Notes: generated by a model not told the origin, from the sequence alone. A stretch of 61,535 bases of DNA from a virus (IMGVR_UViG_3300021475_000014:1-61535); one strand, 5' to 3'; counted from the stretch's first letter, positions 46,266 to 54,960 are shown. Program-made: numbers and translations.

Positions 46266-47756
46266 TCACTGTCGAGGAATTGCTTGCCACAGTCCTCGCT
46301 GCGGCGTCGGAGGCGCAAACGCCGACCGGGCCAACACCCCGGGATCCACGATCTGACCCGTACGTGGAGCCGCCGTCGACACCGGACGCGGCATCACCCG
46401 GCGCAGACGCGGCGGATAGCTGATCGTCGCGCCGTAGCTCATCCGCTGGCGCAGCCGCGTGATCCCATGCACCAAGGCGTCCATGCGGTCCGGCGAGTCC
46501 CGGGTGCTGGGCATCCAGGCGCACAGTTGCTCCTCCAACATCGGGAACTCGCCGACGTGATGGACCCGGCCCTGCTCGTAGCGGGCAGCGATCGGTTCGG
46601 CCCGCAGGTGCTTGGAGCGGTTCATCGTCCCGACCGTCACCACCGGCGCCTGCCCGGCCGGCAGGATGTCCCCGTCGGCGGCCTCGTTGTAGGCGTCCTG
46701 CAACACGTCCAGCATCCACAAGTTGGTGCCCTCGATGACCACCTCATCCGCCTGGTAGGCGATGAACGTGCGCCACACCGCAGCCGCCGCTGCCGCACCC
46801 GCCACCTTCGCCGAGGCGTCCGCGAGCACGTAGTCATGCCCGTCCGTGCCGGCAGCCACCACCAGGATGCCCGTCTCGTCGGACGTCTTCGTGGCCGTAC
46901 CGGCCGGGTCCACCGCCACGACGGTGCGTACCAGGGCCGCCGGGACGTCCACCCGCGCGGCCTCGATCCACACGAAGTTGAACAACGCCCCGTCGATGTC
47001 CAGCAGCAGCTCGCCGTCCAGCTCCTGCCGGCCCAGCCGGGTACCGCCGTAGCGGTCGTTCAGCTCCGCCAGCGCCGCCTGAGACAGGTTGGCCGCATTC
47101 TCCGATGTGGAGCCGCGCGTCACGATCACCGACGGGTCGGTGGTGGAGCGGTTGATCAGGTTGCGCAGGTGCGCCACGTTGCGCGGGGTGGTTGTGACGA
47201 TCATCTTCGGTGTGGTCGCCTCGCGCATCGTGAACCACAACATGTCGTAGCAGGTCTGCGCGGTGGCCGGGTGCCAGGCGGAGAACTCGTCGCACCACAC
47301 GCCGTCGAAAGCGTAGCCGCGCAAGGCATCCGGAGCTTCAGATGAGAAACCGCGGATGATCGATCCATTTGCCAGTCGCAATGTGATCAGTCCGAATCCG
47401 CGTTGGAAACTGCGGATCTCGTTGGCGGGAAAGACGGAAATCAGGCCGGCCCGGGGTGCCTCGAAACAGACGTTGAGCACTTCGCGGTTCGACTTGGCCA
47501 GAACCGCGAAGTGCCCACCGGGAGCCTGTGTCGCCCACTTACGCACCGTCTCGGAGCCGGTGCGCGTCTTGCCGTAGCCACGCCCGGCAAGGATCGTCCA
47601 CACGTGGTAGTTGTCCGGCTCCAGTTGGGAGGCTCGGGCGTGCCTCGTCCACTCGTAGCGTTCGGCGTCCTGGTGGGAGCCGATCGCCTTGATCTCCGCC
47701 TCCAGGGCCGTGTCGGTGAGCAGGGCGGGGGCTCTCAGGATCCGCTCCGGTTCCAC
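46266..47756 (-). CDS. terL: terminase large subunit
   Basis: AGRGYGKT Walker A, LRG..F...WCDE Walker B, TTTP, RQELDGE, VAVDPA, SPDRMDA. Confidence 0.93.
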   Translation of the reverse strand: MEPERILRAPALLTDTALEAEIKAIGSHQDAERYEWTRHARASQLEPDNYHVWTILAGRGYGKTRTGSETVRKWATQAPGGHFAVLAKSNREVLNVCFEAPRAGLISVFPANEIRSFQRGFGLITLRLANGSIIRGFSSEAPDALRGYAFDGVWCDEFSAWHPATAQTCYDMLWFTMREATTPKMIVTTTPRNVAHLRNLINRSTTDPSVIVTRGSTSENAANLSQAALAELNDRYGGTRLGRQELDGELLLDIDGALFNFVWIEAARVDVPAALVRTVVAVDPAGTATKTSDETGILVVAAGTDGHDYVLADASAKVAGAAAAAAVWRTFIAYQADEVVIEGTNLWMLDVLQDAYNEAADGDILPAGQAPVVTVGTMNRSKHLRAEPIAARYEQGRVHHVGEFPMLEEQLCAWMPSTRDSPDRMDALVHGITRLRQRMSYGATISYPPRLRRVMPRPVSTAAPRTGQIVDPGVLARSAFAPPTPQRGLWQAIPRQ

Positions 47757-47812
47757 CCCACCACCTCCACACTGGACTTTCCCCGCACCTTTCCAGTCTA
47801 GGGAGAAACTCC

Positions 47813-48076
47813 CTAGTGGACCGACGACTCGTCCCCGAACTCACCCGACGCCGGCCGTGGCCGGGGAATCTGCGGCCGGGACAGGTCGGTGTGCGGCTGC
47901 TCCACGGGTGTGGGCGTCGTCAGCCATTCGAGGAACTTCTCTGCCGTTTTGAGGACCAGGCTGTGGTCGTAGTGGTCGCGGCTTTTGGCATACTCCACCG
48001 CGAGGCTCAGCGCCGCTTCCCGCCGGTAGCTCCAGTCCTCCGGCAGTGCGGCATCGTTGCGTACGGATTCGCTCAT
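47813..48076 (-). CDS. hypothetical protein
   Basis: R..AL.LAV...V...AEKF..WL. Confidence 0.6.
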   Translation of the reverse strand: MSESVRNDAALPEDWSYRREAALSLAVEYAKSRDHYDHSLVLKTAEKFLEWLTTPTPVEQPHTDLSRPQIPRPRPASGEFGDESSVH

Positions 48077-48471
48077 GTGATGATGACCGCCTCGTTGAGG
48101 TGCTTGGCCGCCGCCTCGGCGGCGGTGTGCAGGTTGGCAACCATGGTGCGGATCTGGTTGCCGGACAGCGGCACGCCGGCCTCGAACGCCCGCACCACAG
48201 CCAGAACGGCGGTGTGCAGCACGGCGAGCGCCACGTTGGCCTGTTCCCGGCCGATCATCACCTTGGCGCAGGCGATCGACTGGACGGCGGCCAGCTCCGG
48301 CAGATCGTCGCGGGCCGCGAACTGCGGGGTGAGCATCTCCATCATGGTCAGCGTCACGTCGTCGCCGTAGCCGGGCGCCGTCATCAACATGGCGTTGTTG
48401 ACGGCGATCTGCATGGCGCCGGCCATCGCCTGGTCCACCATGGCCAGGGTGCGCAGATCGTCGGGTGTCAC
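48073..48471 (-). CDS. hypothetical protein
   Basis: coupled ORF. Confidence 0.55.
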   Translation of the reverse strand: MTPDDLRTLAMVDQAMAGAMQIAVNNAMLMTAPGYGDDVTLTMMEMLTPQFAARDDLPELAAVQSIACAKVMIGREQANVALAVLHTAVLAVVRAFEAGVPLSGNQIRTMVANLHTAAEAAAKHLNEAVIIT

Positions 48472-48677
48472 GCCGCCCACCGCCACACCCAGTACGACAG
48501 CCCCGCAGCGGTCACCACGGCGAACACGCCGATGAAGAACACGAATACGATGGCCAGGCTGTAGATGCTGTTCACGGTCTCCGCGCGCTTGTCGAAGATG
48601 GCGTACATCCGTTGTGTGTGCGCGTTTTCGATGTCCACAGCGTCCTGACCCATCACGATTCCCCGAAAGTCACTCAT
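48468..48677 (-). CDS. membrane protein
   Basis: AAGGGA RBS; C-terminal TM helix. Confidence 0.6.
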   Translation of the reverse strand: MSDFRGIVMGQDAVDIENAHTQRMYAIFDKRAETVNSIYSLAIVFVFFIGVFAVVTAAGLSYWVWRWAA

Positions 48678-48916
48678 GTCTGGTCCCTTTTCCCGTACGG
48701 ATAGAGCATGGAAGCGATGGCGGCGGCCACCTCGTCGGTCAGCGGTGGCAGGTTCGGCTTGCCGGTGAGGATGACTTCGATGCGTACCGCCAGCTCGGTG
48801 ACCCGCTCCTCCGCCTCGGAGGACAGTTGCGCGGCCAATTCGGTGGACTCCTCTTCGCCGAGCACAATCCGCGGTGTGAAGAAATCCTTGGCACCAAAGC
48901 GATTGCGGTCCGTCAC
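48674..48916 (-). CDS. hypothetical protein
   Basis: GGAGG RBS; coupled. Confidence 0.55.
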   Translation of the reverse strand: MTDRNRFGAKDFFTPRIVLGEEESTELAAQLSSEAEERVTELAVRIEVILTGKPNLPPLTDEVAAAIASMLYPYGKRDQT

Positions 48917-49293
48917 TGCACCCTCCGACGTGGACGGTAGGGAACCATGCCGTCGAAGCGCTGCTGCGGGATCTGCGGCGGCGGCTCGGGTGCGCGCCAC
49001 AGCGTCTCGGCAATGGTCTGCAACGCCGCAGCCGTGAACCGGAACGATCCCTTGGGTCGGCCGCCGGTGCGCGACACCAGGTGCGCCGGGATCGTCCCGT
49101 CGCCGATGTAGCGGCGCAGGGTGCGCGGCGTGATGCGCAGCAGCGCTGCCGCCTCTGACACCTTCAGCAAGGCGAACGACGGCATCGAGTTCATGACGGC
49201 GGCGAGGTTGACCAGGTCGGTTGGTGCGGCGCGCGCGGATGCCTGCTCGGCATCCGGCTCGATCTGTGGTACTTCGTGGTCCATGCGGGGCAT
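48913..49293 (-). CDS. MerR/excisionase-like HTH DNA-binding protein
   Basis: LLKVSEAAALLRITPRTLRRYIGDGTIPA...FRF. Confidence 0.75.
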   Translation of the reverse strand: MPRMDHEVPQIEPDAEQASARAAPTDLVNLAAVMNSMPSFALLKVSEAAALLRITPRTLRRYIGDGTIPAHLVSRTGGRPKGSFRFTAAALQTIAETLWRAPEPPPQIPQQRFDGMVPYRPRRRVQ

Positions 49294-49597
49294 AACGCCG
49301 ACCGTAGGGGGTCGTGACGCCCTCTGAGCAGGGCAAACTCGGTCGATCAATTCAGACAGTTACATGCGATGTACCTTTCGTCAGCACTAGTTCGGCCAAC
49401 ATGTACCTGCAATGAACCATCCAAATGTCCCTATGTTCACCATGAGCGGAACGTGAACAACCGTCGATCTCCACCCCGGCGCACACTGACCGCAAGGATG
49501 GCAGCCTGGTACTTTCTCCCGGCCCCCCAGCGAGCCCCGCCGTAGCCGCGACGGGGCTCGCGCACGTTTCGCACATATGTTCGACTACTGTGGCGGG

Positions 49598-49870
49598 ATG
49601 GCGATGCGCACGCTGGCGCACTGGTGGAACGGCGCGTGGGGCGGCATGGTCCGCAAGGACGTGTGGGTGGAGCTGCTGGACGACGGCCGCTACGACGTGC
49701 ACTGGCACGGCGGCGACTGGCGCGACCGGGACGGCCATTACCGCACCCGCGACCGCCACGTGGCCTGGTGGGCGGTCCGCGAGCTGATCGGTGACGCTGA
49801 GGGCTGGATCAGGTCGGACCTCGCGCCTCTCAGCCCCCGGGACCTGGCGGCCGGACATGTTCAGCGGTGA
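49598..49870 (+). CDS. Trp-rich hypothetical protein
   Basis: HWWNGAWG...RKDVW; high GC3. Confidence 0.6.
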   Translation: MAMRTLAHWWNGAWGGMVRKDVWVELLDDGRYDVHWHGGDWRDRDGHYRTRDRHVAWWAVRELIGDAEGWIRSDLAPLSPRDLAAGHVQR

Positions 49871-50112
49871 TTGTGCTCGTGCTCCAGGTTGGCCAGTGCC
49901 CGCGCAGCCTCGGCCAGGCTGCGGCGCAGCTCGGCCAGGTGCAGCCCGGTCAGCGGCGATTCGCCCAGGCCGTCCGCCGCATCCAGCCCCTGGCGAATCC
50001 AGGCACGGATCAGGGTCGACACCGACGTGCGCCGTGCCGCAGCGACGGCGCGCATCCGGGTCTCCATGCGCTCCGGCAGCCGCATTGAGCGCACCACCAT
50101 CGGTTCATCCAT
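49861..50112 (-). CDS. CopG/RHH DNA-binding protein
   Basis: VVRSMRLP...R..AAARRTSVSTLIRAWI. Confidence 0.7.
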   Translation of the reverse strand: MDEPMVVRSMRLPERMETRMRAVAAARRTSVSTLIRAWIRQGLDAADGLGESPLTGLHLAELRRSLAEAARALANLEHEHNHR

Positions 50113-50136
50113 AGCCCTGCCGCCTTCAGATGTGGC

Positions 50137-50169
50137 GGCCCCCGCCGACATGTCCAGTCGGCGGGGGCC
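50137..50169. terminator. perfect 13-bp GC stem-loop, probable 3' boundary of the ncRNA
   Basis: ggcccccgccgac-atgtcca-gtcggcgggggcc. Confidence 0.6.
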
Positions 50170-50189
50170 TTTAGTAGGTGATTCCACGA

Positions 50190-50530
50190 GGGCGTACAGA
50201 GCCCTTTGCTGGACGGTTTAGTAGACCGTTGCAATCCGTGGTGCCAGCGCACGTTTAAGGTCCAGGTCAGATTCAGAGTGCATCGTGCTCTGCCGCTGAG
50301 CTACAGAGCCATGTTTGGAGGCTCCGGCGGGATTTGAACCCGCGTCCCGATGTACATTGCCTGTTCCGGTCGATCTGGCATTCAGTTGTGACACTGAGCT
50401 TCGAGCGAGAAATTCAGCTTGATCGGCGCGGGCGCAACACTGCGCGTTTGCCGACTGAGTCTCACCTTCAACTTCAGCTTGGCCGCCCTCCCGATTCGGA
50501 GTCAGACGGCCGCCCCGCGCTCGTCGCGGG
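50190..50530 (-). ncRNA. structured ncRNA containing a circularly permuted tRNA-like domain at 50281-50352 (outer boundaries approximate)
   Basis: CATCG GGAC GCGGG TTCAAAT CCCGC CGGAGCC TCCA AACAT GGCTCTG TA GCTC AGCGGCA GAGC A CGATG on minus strand. Confidence 0.75.
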
Positions 50531-50535
50531 GAGTC

Positions 50536-51267
50536 TCAGGCGAACAGGTAGTCCGCGATGACGGCGCCGATATGCACGTCGGTGATCTCGGCTTCGTTGG
50601 CCAACTCGCGGGCCATCTTCACCGCGTCCCGCAGCTTCGTCACCCGCTCCAGCATGGCGCGGCGATCCGACTCCGGCATGGCACCGGAAAAGCGGGTCGT
50701 GTTCCAGGTGCCCACGATGACGTCCTCGTAGTAGACCTGCACCTGCGCGGCGTGCTTCTCCGTTGCCGGGGCCAGCACGTGGTTGCGCGGCACCTTTGTG
50801 GTCCGGGTCGTCTGCACCGTGTCCGAGGCGTAATGCCCGGCCGCGTCGGAATAGCTCCAGTTGATGGCCGGGTCCAGCACCGGCAGCTTGCCGACGAACG
50901 TGTGCAGATCCGCGAGCTGCTTCTCCAGGAACAGCAGCGTCGGCACCGGCAAGGCCGTCAGCACCACTTCGCCGTCCACGACGACGTTGGCGCTCGCGTA
51001 GGTGTTGGCAGCGTCCAGGCTGGCCTGGACGTCCAGCAGCCGCGTCAATGCCTTCGCCACGTAGGTGGTGGCGTCCTGCGCCGTGTACTGCACCTTGGTC
51101 GACTCCGACGGGAGTCGGTCCCCTTCGTCGTCACGCGGCTGGTACTCCCGGGCAAGCCCGTTGAGCAGCGGCGTCTTCTGTACCTGGTGGTAGGCGTCGG
51201 TGATCGCGCGCTGCGCGTCCGCCTTCGCCCCCTTGCTCACTGCGATGAGCTGATTGAGCTTCGTCAT
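50536..51267 (-). CDS. conserved protein of unknown function (recalled as DUF7873-like, unverified); putative partner of the ncRNA
   Basis: GAGGGA RBS; MTKLNQLIAV.KG.K...Y.P.DDEG..LP.E...VQ...LLFLEKQL.DL..F..KLP.LDP...G.W....FSGA...L..AVK.ARE.AN. Confidence 0.8.
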   Translation of the reverse strand: MTKLNQLIAVSKGAKADAQRAITDAYHQVQKTPLLNGLAREYQPRDDEGDRLPSESTKVQYTAQDATTYVAKALTRLLDVQASLDAANTYASANVVVDGEVVLTALPVPTLLFLEKQLADLHTFVGKLPVLDPAINWSYSDAAGHYASDTVQTTRTTKVPRNHVLAPATEKHAAQVQVYYEDVIVGTWNTTRFSGAMPESDRRAMLERVTKLRDAVKMARELANEAEITDVHIGAVIADYLFA

Positions 51268-51379
51268 GGTGTCCCTCACTTTTCCCGCACCTTTCGGCGC
51301 CAGCGAGCCTAACGACACTCCAGCCGGCAGGTAACGGGGTTTCCAGTAGCCTGGCGTATGACAGGGCGCCCCGGAACAC

Positions 51380-51420
51380 GGAACGGCCCGAGCCTGACAA
51401 CAAAAGGCTCGGGCCGTTCC
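51380..51420. terminator. stem-loop downstream of integrase
   Basis: ggaacggcccgagcct / aggctcgggccgttcc 16-bp inverted repeat. Confidence 0.6.
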
Positions 51421-51453
51421 TGTGTCGAGCGGCAAGGGACCAACCAGACGCGC

Positions 51454-52815
51454 TCAGGCGGTGAGTCTACGCGCCTGCCACTCGTAGGTGCGTTGACGGA
51501 TTTCCGGAAGATCCACCAGCATGGGCTCCAGCACGGCCAGGATCTTCAACCATGTTTCTTCGGTGAGGTGGGTATAAATCCGCGTGACCTTTGAACCCTC
51601 ATTTTCGGGTTCCGATGTCTGGCTCGCTTTCCCGATGTGTCCAACAGCCAGGCCGGCGATACTCGCAGCGAACCCATTGGCCTGCAATAGCGTTACGTAG
51701 CTGTGCCGGAGGTTGTGGTGGGTATAGGTTCGGTCAGCAAAAACCGGATCGGTATCGTGGAGCATCTCGACAAGTGTTTTCCATCGCGCATTGTCGACAC
51801 TGGCAATCCATCGGCCGAGAAATCCAAATCGTGGGCCAGTGAAGACTAGGGCACTCTTTGGCTTGTCCTTGCAGAGGATACGCAGCAGATCCATGATCTG
51901 TTGTGGCAGACGGGTGTAGCGGGTAATTGGCGAACCGGGCTTGGAACCCTTCAGGCCCAGCACCGGCTGGTCAGCACTGTAACGGCGATCCAAGAATATC
52001 CGGCCCCGCTTGAAGTCCACTTGGCCAACCGTGAGCGCGGTGATCTCCCCAAAGCGGCAGCCGCTGAATGCTGTCGTCACTACCATGTCGGCCCATTGTG
52101 GGTCGGTCGTATATGCTGCCTTGATGAATTGCTCGTATTCGGCCTGATTGAAGAACACGTCCTTTTCGTCGTCCTCGTTCTTTCTTGGTATCGCGCGTCG
52201 CTTAATTTCGGTCATGGGCGATGCCCAGCGTCGGAGCGGTTCGTTGCCCCCGGTGGGGTCCGATGCCGTAGAAGTGCACCATTTGAACAGGGTCGACATT
52301 ATGGTGATGGCGTGGTTCAAGCTGGCATTAGATACCGTTCCGGGCCGCCGGTCCCGACGCGGTCGATCTGCCTGCGCGCGCAGCCATTCTCGGATCGCGT
52401 TGGGCATGACCGTGGCCACGTCAGCCTCGGCCAGCGCTGTGCCAGCCAGGTAGTTGCGTTCTGTTGATCGATACCCGTCCATCGTTCGAGCTTCGGGGCT
52501 CTGTTCAGACACTGTCTCCAGCCATGTCAGCCACATCTTCATGGCCTGGCCAACGGTCACGACGCTGGGACTTGGTGAGGCCGCACGGGGACCAGCGGCG
52601 GCAGGGTCGAGTAGACCGCGCCGGATGAGTTCTTCATCGGATGGGCACATATTGTTGCCCCGGCCGCCTACCTCTACCAACTTCTTGAACAGCAACGCTT
52701 TGGCCCGATTGTGGAAGGACCGGGCTTGTTGCCCCGGCTTGCCCTTTTCTCGCCACTGGATCTTGTATGTCTTGCTGCCGTCTTTGTTGACGATCTCCGT
52801 GGGATTGCTCGCCAT
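51454..52815 (-). CDS. int: tyrosine integrase
   Basis: SGCRFGEITAL (R), LK, HNLRH (HxxR), VGH, RIYTH (Y). Confidence 0.92.
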   Translation of the reverse strand: MASNPTEIVNKDGSKTYKIQWREKGKPGQQARSFHNRAKALLFKKLVEVGGRGNNMCPSDEELIRRGLLDPAAAGPRAASPSPSVVTVGQAMKMWLTWLETVSEQSPEARTMDGYRSTERNYLAGTALAEADVATVMPNAIREWLRAQADRPRRDRRPGTVSNASLNHAITIMSTLFKWCTSTASDPTGGNEPLRRWASPMTEIKRRAIPRKNEDDEKDVFFNQAEYEQFIKAAYTTDPQWADMVVTTAFSGCRFGEITALTVGQVDFKRGRIFLDRRYSADQPVLGLKGSKPGSPITRYTRLPQQIMDLLRILCKDKPKSALVFTGPRFGFLGRWIASVDNARWKTLVEMLHDTDPVFADRTYTHHNLRHSYVTLLQANGFAASIAGLAVGHIGKASQTSEPENEGSKVTRIYTHLTEETWLKILAVLEPMLVDLPEIRQRTYEWQARRLTA

Positions 52816-53319
52816 CGTGGGTTGATACCTTTCTGTGAAACGTGTAACGCTTGTCGATGCGTGACAGTGACGGGCCGTTGCTATGACTGTTGCTCTGCGT
52901 GCCGTGCGCTGACGTTTCCCCAGGTCAGGGCGATTTGCCTAACTGCTAGGACATGAGCTGCCCGTCGCGTCTCTGACCTGCGGCGATGTGGTTTGTTCCG
53001 CTCTGGTGTGGCTCGCACTGTTGCCACAACCGGCCAAGATGTACTTGAAGTGTCCTTCTGTCGCATTCAGAAGTGTGGCTCCAGCAAGTGTTGCTTCGGC
53101 AGCAACACCCAAGTGTTGCCGCCAAATGCCGTTGATTCACGCCATGTGAACAAGTCTCGCATGCTGTCGTTCATATCTGCAACGTGACAGTGAGGTCGCC
53201 TCCCGCCCCACCCTCCGTAGTCCTCTTGTCACACGCTGTGAACTAGGTTACGGTGTGGTTTCGACAGCGATGGGATCGAACAAGTGGGATGTCCGGTTCT
53301 GCGGCAGAGGGGGTTGATA
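52816..53319. other. integrase-proximal intergenic region (candidate attP and divergent promoters)
   Basis: 504 bp non-coding, lower GC, inverted CAGGTCAG (52921) / CTGACCTG (52973) pair; att core not identifiable without a host sequence. Confidence 0.4.
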
Positions 53320-53499
53320 GTGAAGCTCATGAATACCGACCGGGTTGGTCGCGTCGTGGGGTGGCAGCCTGTCACGGTGGCCCGCAAGCTCAAGACCGGC
53401 GCGATCCCGGGCGGCGTGAAGTGCGGCACGCGGTGGATGCTGCCGGCCGAGAAGCTCGAACTGTTCCTGGCATCCCTGCGGGGCAACGAATGCCCCTGA
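53320..53499 (+). CDS. excisionase-like HTH protein
   Basis: LMNT..V...G....TV.R.LK.G.IPG..K.G.RW.L; divergent from int. Confidence 0.65.
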   Translation: MKLMNTDRVGRVVGWQPVTVARKLKTGAIPGGVKCGTRWMLPAEKLELFLASLRGNECP

Positions 53500-53598
53500 G
53501 ATACGATCTGCCGGGCGGTAGCGCGGGGGTGTGCGTGCCGCTCAACCAGCGCCCGGTTGCCTGTTAACTGCGGTTAGCGGCCTCGCCCGGTGCGACGG

Positions 53599-53642
53599 CG
53601 AAGCCCCCCACATCCTCACCTGCGTGGATGTGGGGGGCTTCG
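53599..53642. terminator. bidirectional terminator-like hairpin between convergent genes
   Basis: cgaagcccccacatcc...ggatgtggggggcttcg inverted repeat. Confidence 0.6.
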
Positions 53643-53676
53643 TTTATCGGCGATCTCGTAAGGAATCCGAGCTTAG

Positions 53677-54009
53677 TCAGAAATCGTGGGTGCAGTACAC
53701 GCACGAGTAGATCCGGCCGGTGGGGACGAACCAGCTCCGCACCCACCCGATGACGCTGTCGACTTTCCCGGTGACCCCGAGCGCCGGCAGCCAGGGAGCG
53801 TGCCGCAGGCCGTACAGCAGGCAGTGCCATTCAGTTGCCCGGTGGGCGCGTCGCAGGGCCGCCTTGGTGTCATAGAGGTGGCCACATTCCCGGCAGGCCA
53901 GGAAACCCCGATGGCGGGGGTATTCGTCTACGTGGTGCCAGAAACAGTGCACGTACGCGCAGTCGTCATGCGCGTCGTGTCGCAGGGTGCGGTTCAGCCT
54001 GTGGGTCAT
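53677..54009 (-). CDS. Cys/His-rich hypothetical protein
   Basis: CRECGHLY.T...L.RAH; CVYCTHDF. Confidence 0.6.
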   Translation of the reverse strand: MTHRLNRTLRHDAHDDCAYVHCFWHHVDEYPRHRGFLACRECGHLYDTKAALRRAHRATEWHCLLYGLRHAPWLPALGVTGKVDSVIGWVRSWFVPTGRIYSCVYCTHDF

Positions 54010-54905
54010 CGCCAAGAGAATTCGAGCCTGTCTGGATCTATACCGCCGCCAGGGTAGCGCCCCAACTTCGCTGCCGGCTTCACCGTCACGGTGGCGAGTA
54101 GAAAATCGAGGATTCCTCGCCGCTGCTCCACCAGGGCGACATCCCACCAGCGGGCCAAGGCGACCGGGGTCAGGTTCACGATGTCGTTGAAATGGTCGCT
54201 CATATCTGCGGCCCGCGCGAGTTCGGCCTCCACTAAATCGCGCTGGGAGACAAGGTTGCGTATGGTCTCCGGTTCATCGCCATTTTGGTTCGCGGCGGTG
54301 ACTGCCGCAACGAGCGTGCGCAGCCGCGCAGGGCCATTCAGCTTCAGCTCCAGGCCACGGACAATGGCCTTCCGCGTACTCGGCAGCGCGATCCGGGCGA
54401 GTGCCTGTGCGGTCACCTCGAACTCCACACCGTTGGCCGCGATACGTACCCGGCCACAACCCATGGCTGGTGGTCGCTGGTCGCAGGCATAGGTGTGGGA
54501 ATGCTGCGCCGGCACGGTTTTCGGCATCAACGCCGTGCCGCACAGCCCGCAGGTCAGGAATCCGCCACTGAGTAGATGCCGTGGCCGGCCGGTACTGCGG
54601 TGCGCTTGGCGTGCCGGGTCATCCAGAACAGCGCTGACTTTGCGCCAGGTCGCCTCGGCCAGGATCGGTGGATAGCGGGTTTCCCGCACGCCGGTGGGTA
54701 GGCCGGCGATACGCGGGTTACGCAGAATTAGGCGGACCGTTGAGGGCGCCCATTGCCCGCCCTGCGCGGTGGCCACGGCCCGGCGGTGAAGGTCGGCGGT
54801 GATGGTCCAGAGCGTTTCACCGAGCAGTATGCGGTCGGCGAGTTCGCGGATGATGGCCGCTTCCCGTTCCACTACCTGGTTCTTGTCGTAACCGTATGCA
54901 CGCAA
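54006..54905 (-). CDS. large serine recombinase C-terminal half (recombinase + Zn-ribbon domains, no catalytic domain)
   Basis: YGY...EA.II..L...W.PSTV..IL.NP..AG...PPIL...W; LLSG...CG.CG..L...YAC. Confidence 0.8.
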   Translation of the reverse strand: MRAYGYDKNQVVEREAAIIRELADRILLGETLWTITADLHRRAVATAQGGQWAPSTVRLILRNPRIAGLPTGVRETRYPPILAEATWRKVSAVLDDPARQAHRSTGRPRHLLSGGFLTCGLCGTALMPKTVPAQHSHTYACDQRPPAMGCGRVRIAANGVEFEVTAQALARIALPSTRKAIVRGLELKLNGPARLRTLVAAVTAANQNGDEPETIRNLVSQRDLVEAELARAADMSDHFNDIVNLTPVALARWWDVALVEQRRGILDFLLATVTVKPAAKLGRYPGGGIDPDRLEFSWR

Positions 54906-54960
54906 CCCGGCCCCCTGCTCGGCCCGTAGCGAATATCAGACAGCCACTGTAGCTGTCGGT

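Noticed and set aside
46217-46423. 68-aa plus-strand ORF
   Set aside because: Largely overlaps the terL 3' end on the opposite strand; insufficient evidence.
50281-50352. Ordinary tRNA gene or attP-derived tRNA 3' fragment
   Set aside because: The halves are in reversed order with no anticodon loop, both halves are present and pair with each other, and the site is over 1 kb from the integrase with a gene in between.
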